Positions 34,084-43,712 of a DNA stretch of 64,000 bases are shown here, piece by piece. The DNA lies in assembly GCA_963662665.2 (NCBI GenBank), contig CAXXJS010000005.1:1-64000 (forward strand), written 5' to 3'. The notes beneath the pieces are model-generated. The model was not told the DNA's origin and ran no database searches. It was given only the letters and a program-made list of their open reading frames with translations. Position numbers and translations under genes: made by a program. Source of the DNA: Candidatus Latescibacterota bacterium. GTDB lineage: Bacteria > Latescibacterota > UBA2968 > GCA-2709665. Position 1 is the stretch's first letter. Every line of letters begins with the position of its first letter.

Positions 34084-36165
34084 CTATGAGTTTTGTTCAG
34101 ACTGATTTGCCGTCTCGGTCTGTCCTTCGCCTCTGAGTCTGTCGAATCCCTGAAGACTGTGGCCTGCCCAAAAAGACGCCATAAATTCGTCTTTACTTTT
34201 CTCCGTATCCTGCTTTAGACGGTCATATTCCGTAAGAACGACGCCCACTCTCTGGAGAAGATCCACGCCTAGCCTCAGTTTTTCATATCTCGGTACTACT
34301 TCAAAAATCTGTTTGAGTCCTTGTCTCCACACTCTCTCGGGCGTGAGGTCGCTACCAAATGTCAACACCCTCTGCTTGAGGTAATCTTTCTTGGTCACGG
34401 CATAATACTGCCTGCTGAATTGCTGCATTACAGCACCGCAAGCAAAGCCGAGTTCCGCCGAAGATTCAAGCTGTACTTGCTCGACAGGATGCTCGAAAAC
34501 GATTTGAAGCAACTCCTTCCAAGGCCGCATCGCCATATTCTGCTCTCCTTTTGAGAGTTTATGCTGATACTGCGTCCAGAATTCAAGAAATGTCAGGAAA
34601 AAGATCACTTCCTCACGTATTTCATTACGCGAATTTGGGTACCGCGGCGTAATGCTCCGCAGCCGTTCCGCTACATTCCGGATGGGTCGCCGCAGGCCGA
34701 GGGACTGTCGGTGAAGGGCGGCCTGAAGTTGGTCCCACACGTATGGGCCTCCGTATCCTCTCGCTAACATAAAGGGCAAGGTGCGATAACGTGTGTAATA
34801 ATATGCCTTTTGACTTTCACTAGCTTCAGGCAGAAGAACTTGGAGCAGTTGGATAACCATATCAGAAACATGCTTTGCTACCTTCTGCAAGCCAGTTACT
34901 GTAGATGGAATAACATCCTCAATATAGGCGCGGAGATGAATATCACCCCTACCTGGATCTCCTGAGTAATAAATGAGGCTGAGACGGTAATCATCTGTCT
35001 CGACATTCTCAGGCAGAAAGCATTCAAAGCCGGTTACGGAATCTATATGCCTATCTAACATCGAACCCGTTCTTGAAGGCGGCTTGAGCATTGCTTCGAT
35101 ATTTTCCGCGAACTCTTCTCTGACTTCATCATCTTCAAAAACCCGATCCAAGATGGGAAGAAGCAACCCGCTTCCTCGAATCGCCGGGAAGTCGCTTAGA
35201 CTCTTGTGTGCAGTCAGGCGAATACCCTCTCGGTTGGAAACAGGCGAGAAAATTTCTCGGGTTAGTACAGCTTGAACAGATCGAGTAAAGCTTTCAAAAA
35301 GACAGGCTCCGTATACCAGGGCCTTGTAACACTCGGGACAGCTTCCGATGCCTTCGACCATCATCTTTTCGTTACCCCCCTGGGGCAAAGGGCAGGTCCA
35401 CGTAGGCAAATACCAAGGCCAAGACTTGCAGTAGATTGTAACCAAAGGGGCATCTTTCCCACAGAATGTGCAAACTCCTTCACGCTCTCCCTTTTCTGAA
35501 CCCTCCTGTAATTTGGCCTCCCAGAAAAGCTCCAGAACTCGGCTGTGGTCAGGCTGGATGAACTTGCCGGGGAAAAGGTGGCTGTGGCCGATATGGCTTT
35601 CCGAATAATTCCCGCTGTACCTATAGGCTGCTTCTTCCCCCCGCATGTCCGAAAGGATTAGAATGCCTAGCAGCTTGGTTTTTTCGTTGGTTTGAACCTC
35701 TTCCAAAACAGTTCGATGGACCGCGCTTGCCACCTCCTTAATGAGATCGTCGTCGAGTATTAGGGAGGGAGTTTTCTCTAATCGGCCCTTAAGGAAACTG
35801 AATACACCTTCTGATGATTCTCTGAATGCCTTCATGTGAGGATCGTAGCAGGGATAAGCTGCAACACCGTACACACCCTGCGGATGGATGGGATTACCTC
35901 CCTGCGGCAACACAAAAGGGGCTCCCACTGCCCGCTCTCTATCTGGATCAAAATCGGATTTTTTGCCCTCGCTAATTTCCTGTCCCCATACTTGGTAAAA
36001 GGCTGCTAATCCTGTATCATCTGAGATTTCAACTACAATGACGTGACGATAGAAATTTTTTACCTTTTCATTCTGCACATCCGAAATCAACTTCAGGATT
36101 TTCTTAGCATCCATACCACCTTCCAGCAGAGGCCGCCCCATTCTGATTAAATCTTCGACAATCAT
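34084..36165 (-). CDS. cas8b: Type I-B large subunit Cas8b (TM1802/Csh1-like)
   Basis: Lies between cas6 and cas7; 693 aa; CTFCG...CPECY Zn motif; C-terminal helical Cas11-like part (internal MAMRPW start possible). Confidence 0.8.
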   Translation of the reverse strand: MIVEDLIRMGRPLLEGGMDAKKILKLISDVQNEKVKNFYRHVIVVEISDDTGLAAFYQVWGQEISEGKKSDFDPDRERAVGAPFVLPQGGNPIHPQGVYGVAAYPCYDPHMKAFRESSEGVFSFLKGRLEKTPSLILDDDLIKEVASAVHRTVLEEVQTNEKTKLLGILILSDMRGEEAAYRYSGNYSESHIGHSHLFPGKFIQPDHSRVLELFWEAKLQEGSEKGEREGVCTFCGKDAPLVTIYCKSWPWYLPTWTCPLPQGGNEKMMVEGIGSCPECYKALVYGACLFESFTRSVQAVLTREIFSPVSNREGIRLTAHKSLSDFPAIRGSGLLLPILDRVFEDDEVREEFAENIEAMLKPPSRTGSMLDRHIDSVTGFECFLPENVETDDYRLSLIYYSGDPGRGDIHLRAYIEDVIPSTVTGLQKVAKHVSDMVIQLLQVLLPEASESQKAYYYTRYRTLPFMLARGYGGPYVWDQLQAALHRQSLGLRRPIRNVAERLRSITPRYPNSRNEIREEVIFFLTFLEFWTQYQHKLSKGEQNMAMRPWKELLQIVFEHPVEQVQLESSAELGFACGAVMQQFSRQYYAVTKKDYLKQRVLTFGSDLTPERVWRQGLKQIFEVVPRYEKLRLGVDLLQRVGVVLTEYDRLKQDTEKSKDEFMASFWAGHSLQGFDRLRGEGQTETANQSEQNS

Positions 36166-36860
36166 AGCGATCCTCCTGTAGAAATTTTCGCATTCTGGGC
36201 TCGAACGAGAGTACCGAATCCACGCGAAACGGATTTCCCGATTCCTACTCTATCCGGCAAACGGAAGTTTACACTGAATGAGCCCGTAAATCCCTGCATC
36301 GTAATGCCCTTTAGGCGGCTGCTAACCGGACGCAATTTTGAACAGTCAGCCTTTAACTTCAAGGTCACATTGTGCTGAAACGACTTGGCAAAGGAGAGAC
36401 AATTGCCCACAAGAATTCGCTCAAGAAGTCGGAAACGATCTATGGATTTGGGCATCGTGCGAAATCTGTGTTCATTCTCTTGGTTTAGTGCCAGCCACGG
36501 CGACAGAAATCGATATGTCACCATACTCTTAGATTCTCCAATTTCAATCCGTCGTTTTTGAACTATGGATTCCTGAACTGAAAGAGTTTCCAACCCGATT
36601 TGGGCCTGATCTACCTCCAGCCACAACTGAGCCAACAAAGCACTCCCCTCTTCAAGCCCGACTAAAACTGCTTGGCGATTCAGAATTTTGAACTGAATGC
36701 GAGGATAATTGTAAATCAGAGTTCCATCTTCATTATGTTGATGAAGTAAAATATGCTCTGCAAATTCGTTTCCAAAAAAGCCTCGCAACTGTGGAGTCTC
36801 ATTTGGATATAATTCGCGGGTCAACTTTAGATGGTACTCCGTTACGGATAGCTCTCGCAT
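36162..36860 (-). CDS. cas6: CRISPR endoribonuclease Cas6
   Basis: LRGFFG, HQH, YPRIQFK, SPWLALNQEN, G-loop GIGKSVSRGFG. Confidence 0.93.
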   Translation of the reverse strand: MRELSVTEYHLKLTRELYPNETPQLRGFFGNEFAEHILLHQHNEDGTLIYNYPRIQFKILNRQAVLVGLEEGSALLAQLWLEVDQAQIGLETLSVQESIVQKRRIEIGESKSMVTYRFLSPWLALNQENEHRFRTMPKSIDRFRLLERILVGNCLSFAKSFQHNVTLKLKADCSKLRPVSSRLKGITMQGFTGSFSVNFRLPDRVGIGKSVSRGFGTLVRAQNAKISTGGSL

Positions 36861-37710
36861 CCATCTGTCCTTGTTATCGCGGATGATCCCTGTTCATTCT
36901 TGAAACCTTGACGTGATAACCGCTTGGTTTCAGTACCCCCCAGTCGGGCTCATCCACCACCTTGATCAAACTGCCATTTTTCTCTCTTTCTTCCAGTCAG
37001 TATGCCTTCAGCAGTTTTTTCTTAACAGGGCGGTCGTGGTGCCTAAAGTCATCAGCCGAAAGCGATCTGGATTCGGCATTGATGCCCGTGCCTTTTGCAG
37101 CGACATCCGCCCAAGATACCACAAACGACGTCACCGTGTTGTCAGACCCAACAGGAACAGAATCACCAGCACCAATATGAGGTATTCGATCGCGACCAAT
37201 CTCCCAGAGTGCGTCGGATCTGCGTTTTCCCGGTTGGTCCTACAGGTGTTGCATAATGCGACGCTTGCCGCTCGTCAAGTCGGGACGTGGCGCAACGGAT
37301 CTGGAGCGGCCTATCTGTTTCACCCTTTCATTTGGCGGCGCCGGCCACACGATATCTCAAGAAAGTTGCTTTTCTCTGGCCAACTGGTTACATTCTTTTC
37401 AGCGACCAGAATGGGCCGGCGTCAGCCGACCCGGGACAATGTCCCTGGCCGCTATTTTTTTGCACCATACTTCGGCAAACTCGCCCTCCTGCGGGCGAAA
37501 GTGAACGGACCGAGTTGGTCCTTGCTTTTGGGAAGCTCGGTCCGCAAGTGTCGCCGAATGCAACATCAATACGGGAAAGGCCGCACGATCGCCCACTTCA
37601 CGTCTCCGCCAGACTTCTCCCTCTCATCATCTCAGGTGAGATCACGTCGGCCGCGATCTTCTGTTCAATAACTCCGGCATCCATCCTCGTGTCCACCTGA
37701 ATCTCCGCGG

Positions 37711-38316
37711 CTAATCCTGTGCGGAATTGGCTTTCTCGACGGCCCTTCTCGCGGCGTGGCTGGCCTCCCTGACGGCATCGCCGACCGCTCTTCTTGCGGC
37801 CCTCTCGGCTTTGTAGGCGGCTTCGCGTTTCATCCTGGCGTCTTTATACATCTGCAGGACGTTCTGGTAGTTCTCCCAGGCGGCAATGTTCCTTTCCCGG
37901 CCCGTTTCGAATATCGCCCTGGCGGCGCTGGCGGCGGCATTCTTGGCGGCCCTTTCGGCTTTGTAGGCCGCATCGTATTTCATCCTGGCATCTTCGTTAA
38001 TATGCAGCGCGAACTGGTAGTTCTCGCCGGCCGCCGCAACAGATCTCTCCCGATCCGCATAGTAAATCGCCCGGGCGTGTTTGTAAATCACCCAGGCGTC
38101 TCCGTATACCTCCCTGGCGTCACTCCGGCCCCGACGCCGCCGGGAGAAAGCAGATCTGTCTCTGCCGGCAAGGTTTTCGTACATGGCGACGCTCCAAGCA
38201 ATTTCCCAGGCGTCGTGTTTCGCTCGTGCCGTTTCTGGCGCATCGCTTTCAATTGCGGCCGCGTCGATTGTAAGCGTGGTGATGGCTAAGACGACGCATT
38301 GGACTGTGCGTATCAT
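37711..38316 (-). CDS. Hypothetical exported alpha-helical protein with internal repeat
   Basis: GGAG RBS; signal peptide; duplicated ENYQ...DARMK..AAYKAERAA segment. Confidence 0.65.
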   Translation of the reverse strand: MIRTVQCVVLAITTLTIDAAAIESDAPETARAKHDAWEIAWSVAMYENLAGRDRSAFSRRRRGRSDAREVYGDAWVIYKHARAIYYADRERSVAAAGENYQFALHINEDARMKYDAAYKAERAAKNAAASAARAIFETGRERNIAAWENYQNVLQMYKDARMKREAAYKAERAARRAVGDAVREASHAARRAVEKANSAQD

Positions 38317-38440
38317 GGTCTTTTCTCCCGGCTGTGGATTTGTGGTGTGTCTTCGGGACAACGGTCGCGTCGTTTGCGATCCTGGGAGTCAAACCGGCGC
38401 GACAAAGGCAGGATGCCCTCGGTCCGGGGGAATGGCAGCG

Positions 38441-38560
38441 GTCAGTGGTCGGTGGCAAGTGATCGGCAAGAACAGCAAAAGTCAAAAAACCAATCGGTTG
38501 ACGTCTGCGCCTGGACATGGACGGCCATCGTCTGCGCGGCGAGGGCAGAATGCCCTCGGT
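38441..38560. repeat. Dispersed ~120-130-bp intergenic repeat (copies also at ~41800-41890, ~41903-42032, ~44661-44788)
   Basis: Shared blocks cagtggtc...gtgatc, aaaaccaatcggttgacgtc and gagggcag..atgccctcggtcc. Confidence 0.75.
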
Positions 38561-38617
38561 CCCGGGAATTCGGACCAGCCGTCGGCAATCACGGGTCAAT
38601 CAAGGGCGAATGGCCGA

Positions 38618-39268
38618 TCAATCTGTCCCCATCCGTACCATCGCGGTCTTCAGCGCCTCGCCCAGCATTTTCACCTTGTAGTCCCAACTCATACGGCCAC
38701 TTGGGCTGACACATTCGATGGCCTCGACGCCGAAGCGGCGACAGGCACGTTGCGCGACCGATCCGAGTCCGATGACCGTCCTGCCATTGCACTCGTGTCG
38801 GGTGATTCTGTCGAAGGATTCGTCGACGTGTCGGGTCGGGAACGGCGGCCACTGCTTGTACGGCAATAGATGAAACGCTTGCGAAACATAGATGTCCTCG
38901 CGGGTCAGGTTCGCCCGCTCCAGGGCCAGTGTCAGTACTTTATTGAAGGGCATACTCGGCAGCCAACCCTGCTCCTTCAACACGTCGCGATGTTCGTGGA
39001 CCGATGGGGCGTCGAGCCAGTAGTGTGCGACCAGTATCGGACCCGTCTCGCAGTTCGACACGATCTGGTAGGGCGTTACCCACTCGCCGTCAAACCCGAC
39101 GTCTGCGAGCGTTTTGTACTTTTGCTCGTTTCCGGATATTATGAACTCACGGCGGCGAGCGATAATCTCGGCTCTCGTCACGCTATCCTCCACTCCAACA
39201 CTCTTGCTGTGGCCAATGCCGGCATATCTAACCTGACTGATTCGTGAACCCGCTTTAGGTCCTGCCAT
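38618..39268 (-). CDS. Uracil-DNA-glycosylase-fold-like hypothetical protein (start uncertain)
   Basis: IYVSQAFHLLP, VIGLGSVAQ and C-terminal SPSGR resemble UDG-superfamily motifs. Confidence 0.55.
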   Translation of the reverse strand: MAGPKAGSRISQVRYAGIGHSKSVGVEDSVTRAEIIARRREFIISGNEQKYKTLADVGFDGEWVTPYQIVSNCETGPILVAHYWLDAPSVHEHRDVLKEQGWLPSMPFNKVLTLALERANLTREDIYVSQAFHLLPYKQWPPFPTRHVDESFDRITRHECNGRTVIGLGSVAQRACRRFGVEAIECVSPSGRMSWDYKVKMLGEALKTAMVRMGTD

Positions 39269-39897
39269 TCAGTTGCGATGTGCATGTATATGCATGATAG
39301 GGAATTTTTGTTGAATTATCTCTGAATTAATAGGCTATTTTGTTGATTTTTTGGTGAAAAATGGTGAATTTTGCGCCAGTGAGGCCGAGGTTGGCGACGG
39401 AAGCTGAAATCCTCAGCCCTCTATCGAAATGCGGTTCAGACAATCAGCGGGAAGAAGAACGGCGGTAAGGGAGGAGAGGAGGAAACTTCTGCTGGCTTCG
39501 CGGCTGCCACGCGGTGGAAACGGCGCGGCGAGGGCAAGTATGCCCTCGGTCAGGGGAGACGGAAGCAGCTTACAGCCGGCAGAGGTCAACCAAAGACGAA
39601 AAGCAGATCAATCTACATCAGCATTTCATTTGCACGGATCAACAAAGGCGCGATGCGGGCGGGACGCCCGCGCTCCCAGGGGGAGCCAGTACCCCAAACC
39701 TCACGCTGGTGTCTCCAATGTGCGGCGACCGGCCGGTTGCCCCTGCGATCTCCGTGCATGAATCGGCCTACAGTCGCCAGTAGCCGGCATCTATCAGTCG
39801 GCCTGCCGGAGTGGAATTCGGTTGCCGATCTGTCTGTTATAATTTAAAATGAATCTCCGATGGGATTCACCATATTCTACCTCACTGAATCCAAGGA

Positions 39898-40215
39898 GTG
39901 TTCCCGATCAAGCCTTCCGTGCCGTTTGACAAACACCATTTCGATTTCCTCAGTAATGCGGAACCCGCTCGCGCCTACCTCAAGTGTCCTGTCCCAAAAA
40001 TACCTCACCATTCTTCCGCCGATTCTTCCCGTCTCGCTACGTTGGGCCGACCTGCCCAGGTCGGAGGCGCCTGCGAGCCGGGCGACTCGACGGCCGAATT
40101 CAGGCAACTTATTTCTGGGACAGAACACTAGGTGGCGCTTGAGGAATACGACAGGGATCACGACAGGGCGGTCCTTCTGCTTGCGCTCGAAGACGTCGCA
40201 TTGGCACGTAATTGA
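39898..40215 (+). pseudogene. HI1420-like addiction-module antitoxin fragment split by a MITE
   Basis: FLSNAEPARAYLK, insertion, then VALEEYDRDHDRAVLLLALEDVALARN*; HTH C-terminus absent. Confidence 0.6.
39982..40131. mobile_element. MITE-like non-autonomous element
   Basis: Terminal IR agtgtcctgtcccaaaaata / tatttctgggacagaacact; internal hairpin ccgacctg-cc-caggtcgg. Confidence 0.7.
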
Positions 40216-40227
40216 AAGGAGTTACCC

Positions 40228-40428
40228 ATGCTCAGCACTACTTTAGGGATAGTCAAGGACGGCAGAATCGAAACTCTGGAAAGCGTCCGTTTGCCCGAAG
40301 GAAAAAGGGTATTGGTAACGATCTTGCCCGATGACGATACGTTCTGGCAGGAAGCCAGCCAGGAAAGCCTGAAGCAGATTTGGAACAATGATGAGGACGA
40401 TATTTATGTCAGATTACTTGACGAATGA
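40228..40428 (+). CDS. Small antitoxin-like protein
   Basis: AAGGAG RBS; GIVKDGRIE...LPEGKRVLVTIL...SLKQIWNNDEDDIY; overlaps the toxin gene. Confidence 0.7.
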   Translation: MLSTTLGIVKDGRIETLESVRLPEGKRVLVTILPDDDTFWQEASQESLKQIWNNDEDDIYVRLLDE

Positions 40429-40714
40429 TATCGTACTCGTCCGATATCCGTTTTCTGACTCGCAGATTTCCAAAGTGCGTCCGGCCATTATTGTGAGTGC
40501 GCCGCACATGTCTCACGATGTATTCATTGTCCCGCTGACCAGCAGAACAGCGACTCTCCTTCCTGGCGAGTTTGTGCTCGAGAATTGGAAGGTATCGGGA
40601 CTCAATGTCACATCTGCCGTCAAGCGAGGCAAATATACGATTCATCAACGGTTGGTTCTGAAGAAAGTTGGATGCCTCACACAAAGCGATCAAATGACGT
40701 TGATTGGATCTTAG
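40406..40714 (+). CDS. PemK/MazF-family toxin (possibly truncated at the C-terminus)
   Basis: DIVLVRYPFSD...KVRPAIIVS...IVPLTS...GLNVTS. Confidence 0.85.
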   Translation: MSDYLTNDIVLVRYPFSDSQISKVRPAIIVSAPHMSHDVFIVPLTSRTATLLPGEFVLENWKVSGLNVTSAVKRGKYTIHQRLVLKKVGCLTQSDQMTLIGS

Positions 40715-40730
40715 AGAGATTGGCTGAACC

Positions 40731-41690
40731 CTACGTAGATTCCTTTTCATAGACTCTCCCCGCCTCAATCATATCCTCCGCGATCTCCTGTCTCAGTGCC
40801 TCCGGCGCGAGGACCTGGCAATCCGGACCCCAGCTTCGGATCCAGGGCTTCATCTCGAGCGTATGTTTCACCCTGAGCCGCATCCTGCAGCCTCCCCCCG
40901 GCTCGTCCGTCACCTCCACCACGCCCGGCCAGTCCGATTCGCGCACGCGGTAGGAGACCTTTTCTGAAAACCGAAGCGCCACGTCCACAACCTCGTCACC
41001 GCCCATGATACCCCACGAATGCTGCAGAAAATCGTAAGGATCGAATCCGTCCCGTACAACAATCCCACTCTCCATCAGCGCCGCCCGCTCGATACGTTCC
41101 ACTTTGAACTCTCTAATGTCCTGCCGCAAATGATCGTATCCGATGACGTAACAGGCGTACCCCACGGGTGACGGCTCGATGAAGTAGGGGTCGACGTTGC
41201 GTTCGGTCGTTTCCCCGGTCTGTGGATTGTGATAGGTCAGACGCACCTGCCTGCGTTCGGACCAGGCGCGCGTGAGGGTTTCCAGAACGCGAATATGTTC
41301 GCGGTCGGGCCTGCGTTTGTCTGCTACCGCCGCGGTTCGATTAATGTGTTCGCCAATGGATTCCGGCATTGCGATTGCGAGCTTCTCCAGGGCCGACACC
41401 ACGTGCGGATTGTGTTCGTCGCTGTGCGCGGAGAGCAGACGCGCGGCCAGATAGAGCGCCAGGGCTTCGTGCAGATTCACGCGGACGGTGGTCAGATACC
41501 GGTCTTTCAGGACACCGAACCGGCCGTTATCCTCCCAAATCGGCGACCCCGCCTCTCCAAGCGACTGAATGTCCCGGTACACCGTGCTTCGATGCACGCC
41601 GAATCGCGCGGCGATATCGGTCGCTCTCTTTCCGCCCGGGGATCGATAGAGAAACGTCTCAATCGCATTGAGCCGCGCCGCGCGGCTCAT
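40731..41690 (-). CDS. WYL-domain transcriptional regulator (HTH-WYL-WCX, PafB/C-like)
   Basis: HTH IAARFGVHRSTVYRDIQSL; WYL core VDPY...YVIGYDHLRQDIREFKVERI; WCX WIRSWGPDCQVLAPEALR. Confidence 0.93.
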   Translation of the reverse strand: MSRAARLNAIETFLYRSPGGKRATDIAARFGVHRSTVYRDIQSLGEAGSPIWEDNGRFGVLKDRYLTTVRVNLHEALALYLAARLLSAHSDEHNPHVVSALEKLAIAMPESIGEHINRTAAVADKRRPDREHIRVLETLTRAWSERRQVRLTYHNPQTGETTERNVDPYFIEPSPVGYACYVIGYDHLRQDIREFKVERIERAALMESGIVVRDGFDPYDFLQHSWGIMGGDEVVDVALRFSEKVSYRVRESDWPGVVEVTDEPGGGCRMRLRVKHTLEMKPWIRSWGPDCQVLAPEALRQEIAEDMIEAGRVYEKEST

Positions 41691-41732
41691 CGTTCGCTCC
41701 ATTTGGAATCCTCCGCGTAAACGTAAACAGGG

Positions 41733-41755
41733 ATTGTCGCATCTATTGCGACAAT
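41733..41755. promoter_or_regulatory. Palindromic operator upstream of the WYL gene
   Basis: ATTGTCGCA-TCTAT-TGCGACAAT with 9-bp perfect arms. Confidence 0.75.
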
Positions 41756-42287
41756 TTATAGAAAAAGCTTACAGTTACCAGCCGTAATCTGTCAGCAATC
41801 AGTGGTCAGTTGCAAGTGATCAGCACAAACATCGAAAATAAAAAACCAATCGGTTGACGTCTGTGCCGGGACGTAAGAAGATACAGTCGGCGCGGGGAAA
41901 GGCAGTGGTCAGCAATCAGTTTACAGCCGTCAGCCAGAAGCGAAAAACCGAAAACCAATCGGGTGACGTCAGCGCCGTGACGTGGACGGTCATAGTCGGC
42001 GTATCGAGGGCAGGGATGCCCTCGGTCCGGGGGACAAAGGCAGCCGTTGCCGGCCCTTCGACCCTTCGACAGGCTCAGGGCAACGCATGCTCAGGGATCG
42101 GCTCGGATTCTGCGACTCCCCCTAAAGGGGGGAGTGTTTGAACCTTCAAACGGGCTCGTCCGTTAATTGCCACCTGTTTGGTTGAAGCTGAGCAATGCGA
42201 AACCGCGGCAGGGTAGTGGCAGAACAAAGCCTGCCAATGGGTAATACTGGCAGGCGAGTTGTAGACGATAATGTCGGGCGGTTGTTT

Positions 42288-42536
42288 TTACTCTTTGGCG
42301 CCTATTTTTGCTTCGTTCGCGGCAATCCGCTCGCCGAAGGAATCCAATCGTGTGTCAATTGCATCAAACTTGGTTTCCATTTTATTTTCCAAATTGCCTA
42401 TTCTTTGAGTCAGTCGATCTTCCAATCTGTCTATTCCTTGATTGATTCCGGATGAGAAACTCCACAGAGAGCCCCATAAGGCCAGTAGAAAAATGGCGAA
42501 TCGAAGATTGTCTTCATTGAGTATCTTACCGTTCAC
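42288..42536 (-). CDS. Small membrane-anchored coiled-coil protein
   Basis: Hydrophobic segment followed by IDRLEDRL...IDTRLD heptads. Confidence 0.6.
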   Translation of the reverse strand: MNGKILNEDNLRFAIFLLALWGSLWSFSSGINQGIDRLEDRLTQRIGNLENKMETKFDAIDTRLDSFGERIAANEAKIGAKE

Positions 42537-42771
42537 GTTACACCCCAGAGGATGGATTTGCCGCGTGCCCCTTAACAGTAGAAATCTATCATATCCGAGT
42601 GTCCTGTCAAGCCGTAATGTTACAAGGAAGATTGCTGCGAGTTCTACGGATAAAGGTCGGGAAAAGCTGGTTGTGAAGGTTGCGGTCGGTCGGTATCAAC
42701 CGCCGAAGGTGGAGATAAAAGAGGACATTGTCATGGCTGCAAGTCCGGAGGAGTTGCATTAGACCGAGCCG

Positions 42772-43152
42772 TCACCTCATTTCTCCACACGCCTTCAACA
42801 GAACCGCAGGCAGCCGTTTCAGCTGTTCGTTACGGGGGTCGACTTCAAATCCGCCTGACTCCAGCGCCGTAACGCCGAGCAGGGGTTCGGCGCCCGCATC
42901 CCCATAGACAATGGTCCCGCCGACCACTTCTCCTTCGAACTCCAGTTCGGCAATCGTGATGTCCATGGCGACGGATTTTCCGTCTGCAAGTACGTACTCG
43001 CGGCTGCCTCTCGGTGTGAGACCGATCGCATCGAGATGCACCCGTGGCACGAGCGAATCGAACGCGCCTGTATCGACGAGATATTTTCCAGTCCAGGTGC
43101 GTTCCGGATCCGCGGGGTTACGGATGGTTACGTCGACGCAGGTCGCGCCCAT
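42772..43152 (-). CDS. Clan AA (retropepsin-like) aspartic protease
   Basis: YLVDTGA; EPLLGVTALE. Confidence 0.88.
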   Translation of the reverse strand: MGATCVDVTIRNPADPERTWTGKYLVDTGAFDSLVPRVHLDAIGLTPRGSREYVLADGKSVAMDITIAELEFEGEVVGGTIVYGDAGAEPLLGVTALESGGFEVDPRNEQLKRLPAVLLKACGEMR

Positions 43153-43325
43153 TGGCCGTTCTCCAGGTGAACGGGTTTCACCATTGAATTCATTAAATCA
43201 TAGCGAATTTCTGCGACCAAAGCAAGACGCGGCCGGCGCCTGACCAACGGCCGGTCGCCCCTGCGAATATCGCGCATCGGGGTGATTTCGCAGGAGCATC
43301 CGAGTGGTTGGCCGTTTCGCGCCCG

Positions 43326-43643
43326 TCAGTCGGTTGTAACGGCCGTGCCGCTGACCGAGACCATGAGCATGCTGCCCTGTCCGACGACCTCGTAATCCAG
43401 ATCGATACCAACGACGGCGTTGCCGCCCTGCTGGCGTGCCGCTTCTTCCATTTCACCAAGCGCGATCTCGCGGGCGTGTTTCAGTTCTTTCTCATACGCC
43501 GCGGAACGCCCGCCCACGATGTCGCGAATGCCGGCGAAGAAGTCCTTGAAGATATTCGCGCCGAGAATGGCCTCGCCGGTGACGATGCCCCTGTAATCAC
43601 GGATGGTCTTGCCTTCGATACCTGGGGTGGTAGTCAGAATCAC
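43326..43643 (-). CDS. YbjQ/UPF0145 family protein
   Basis: [39 protein letters not shown]; GTG start after GAGGAG. Confidence 0.92.
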   Translation of the reverse strand: MILTTTPGIEGKTIRDYRGIVTGEAILGANIFKDFFAGIRDIVGGRSAAYEKELKHAREIALGEMEEAARQQGGNAVVGIDLDYEVVGQGSMLMVSVSGTAVTTD

Positions 43644-43712
43644 GTTCGTGTCTCCTCGATTAAGGTTGACGGTTGGCGGCCGGTATACGGTGTCGGGCTC
43701 CTCCATTAAGGC

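Noticed and set aside
36913-37671. 252-aa + strand ORF upstream of cas6
   Set aside because: No motifs or RBS; probably non-coding or decayed sequence
39877-40161. IS200-like HLVFCP motif in a minus-strand ORF
   Set aside because: Arises from the MITE inverted repeat; no HUH motif
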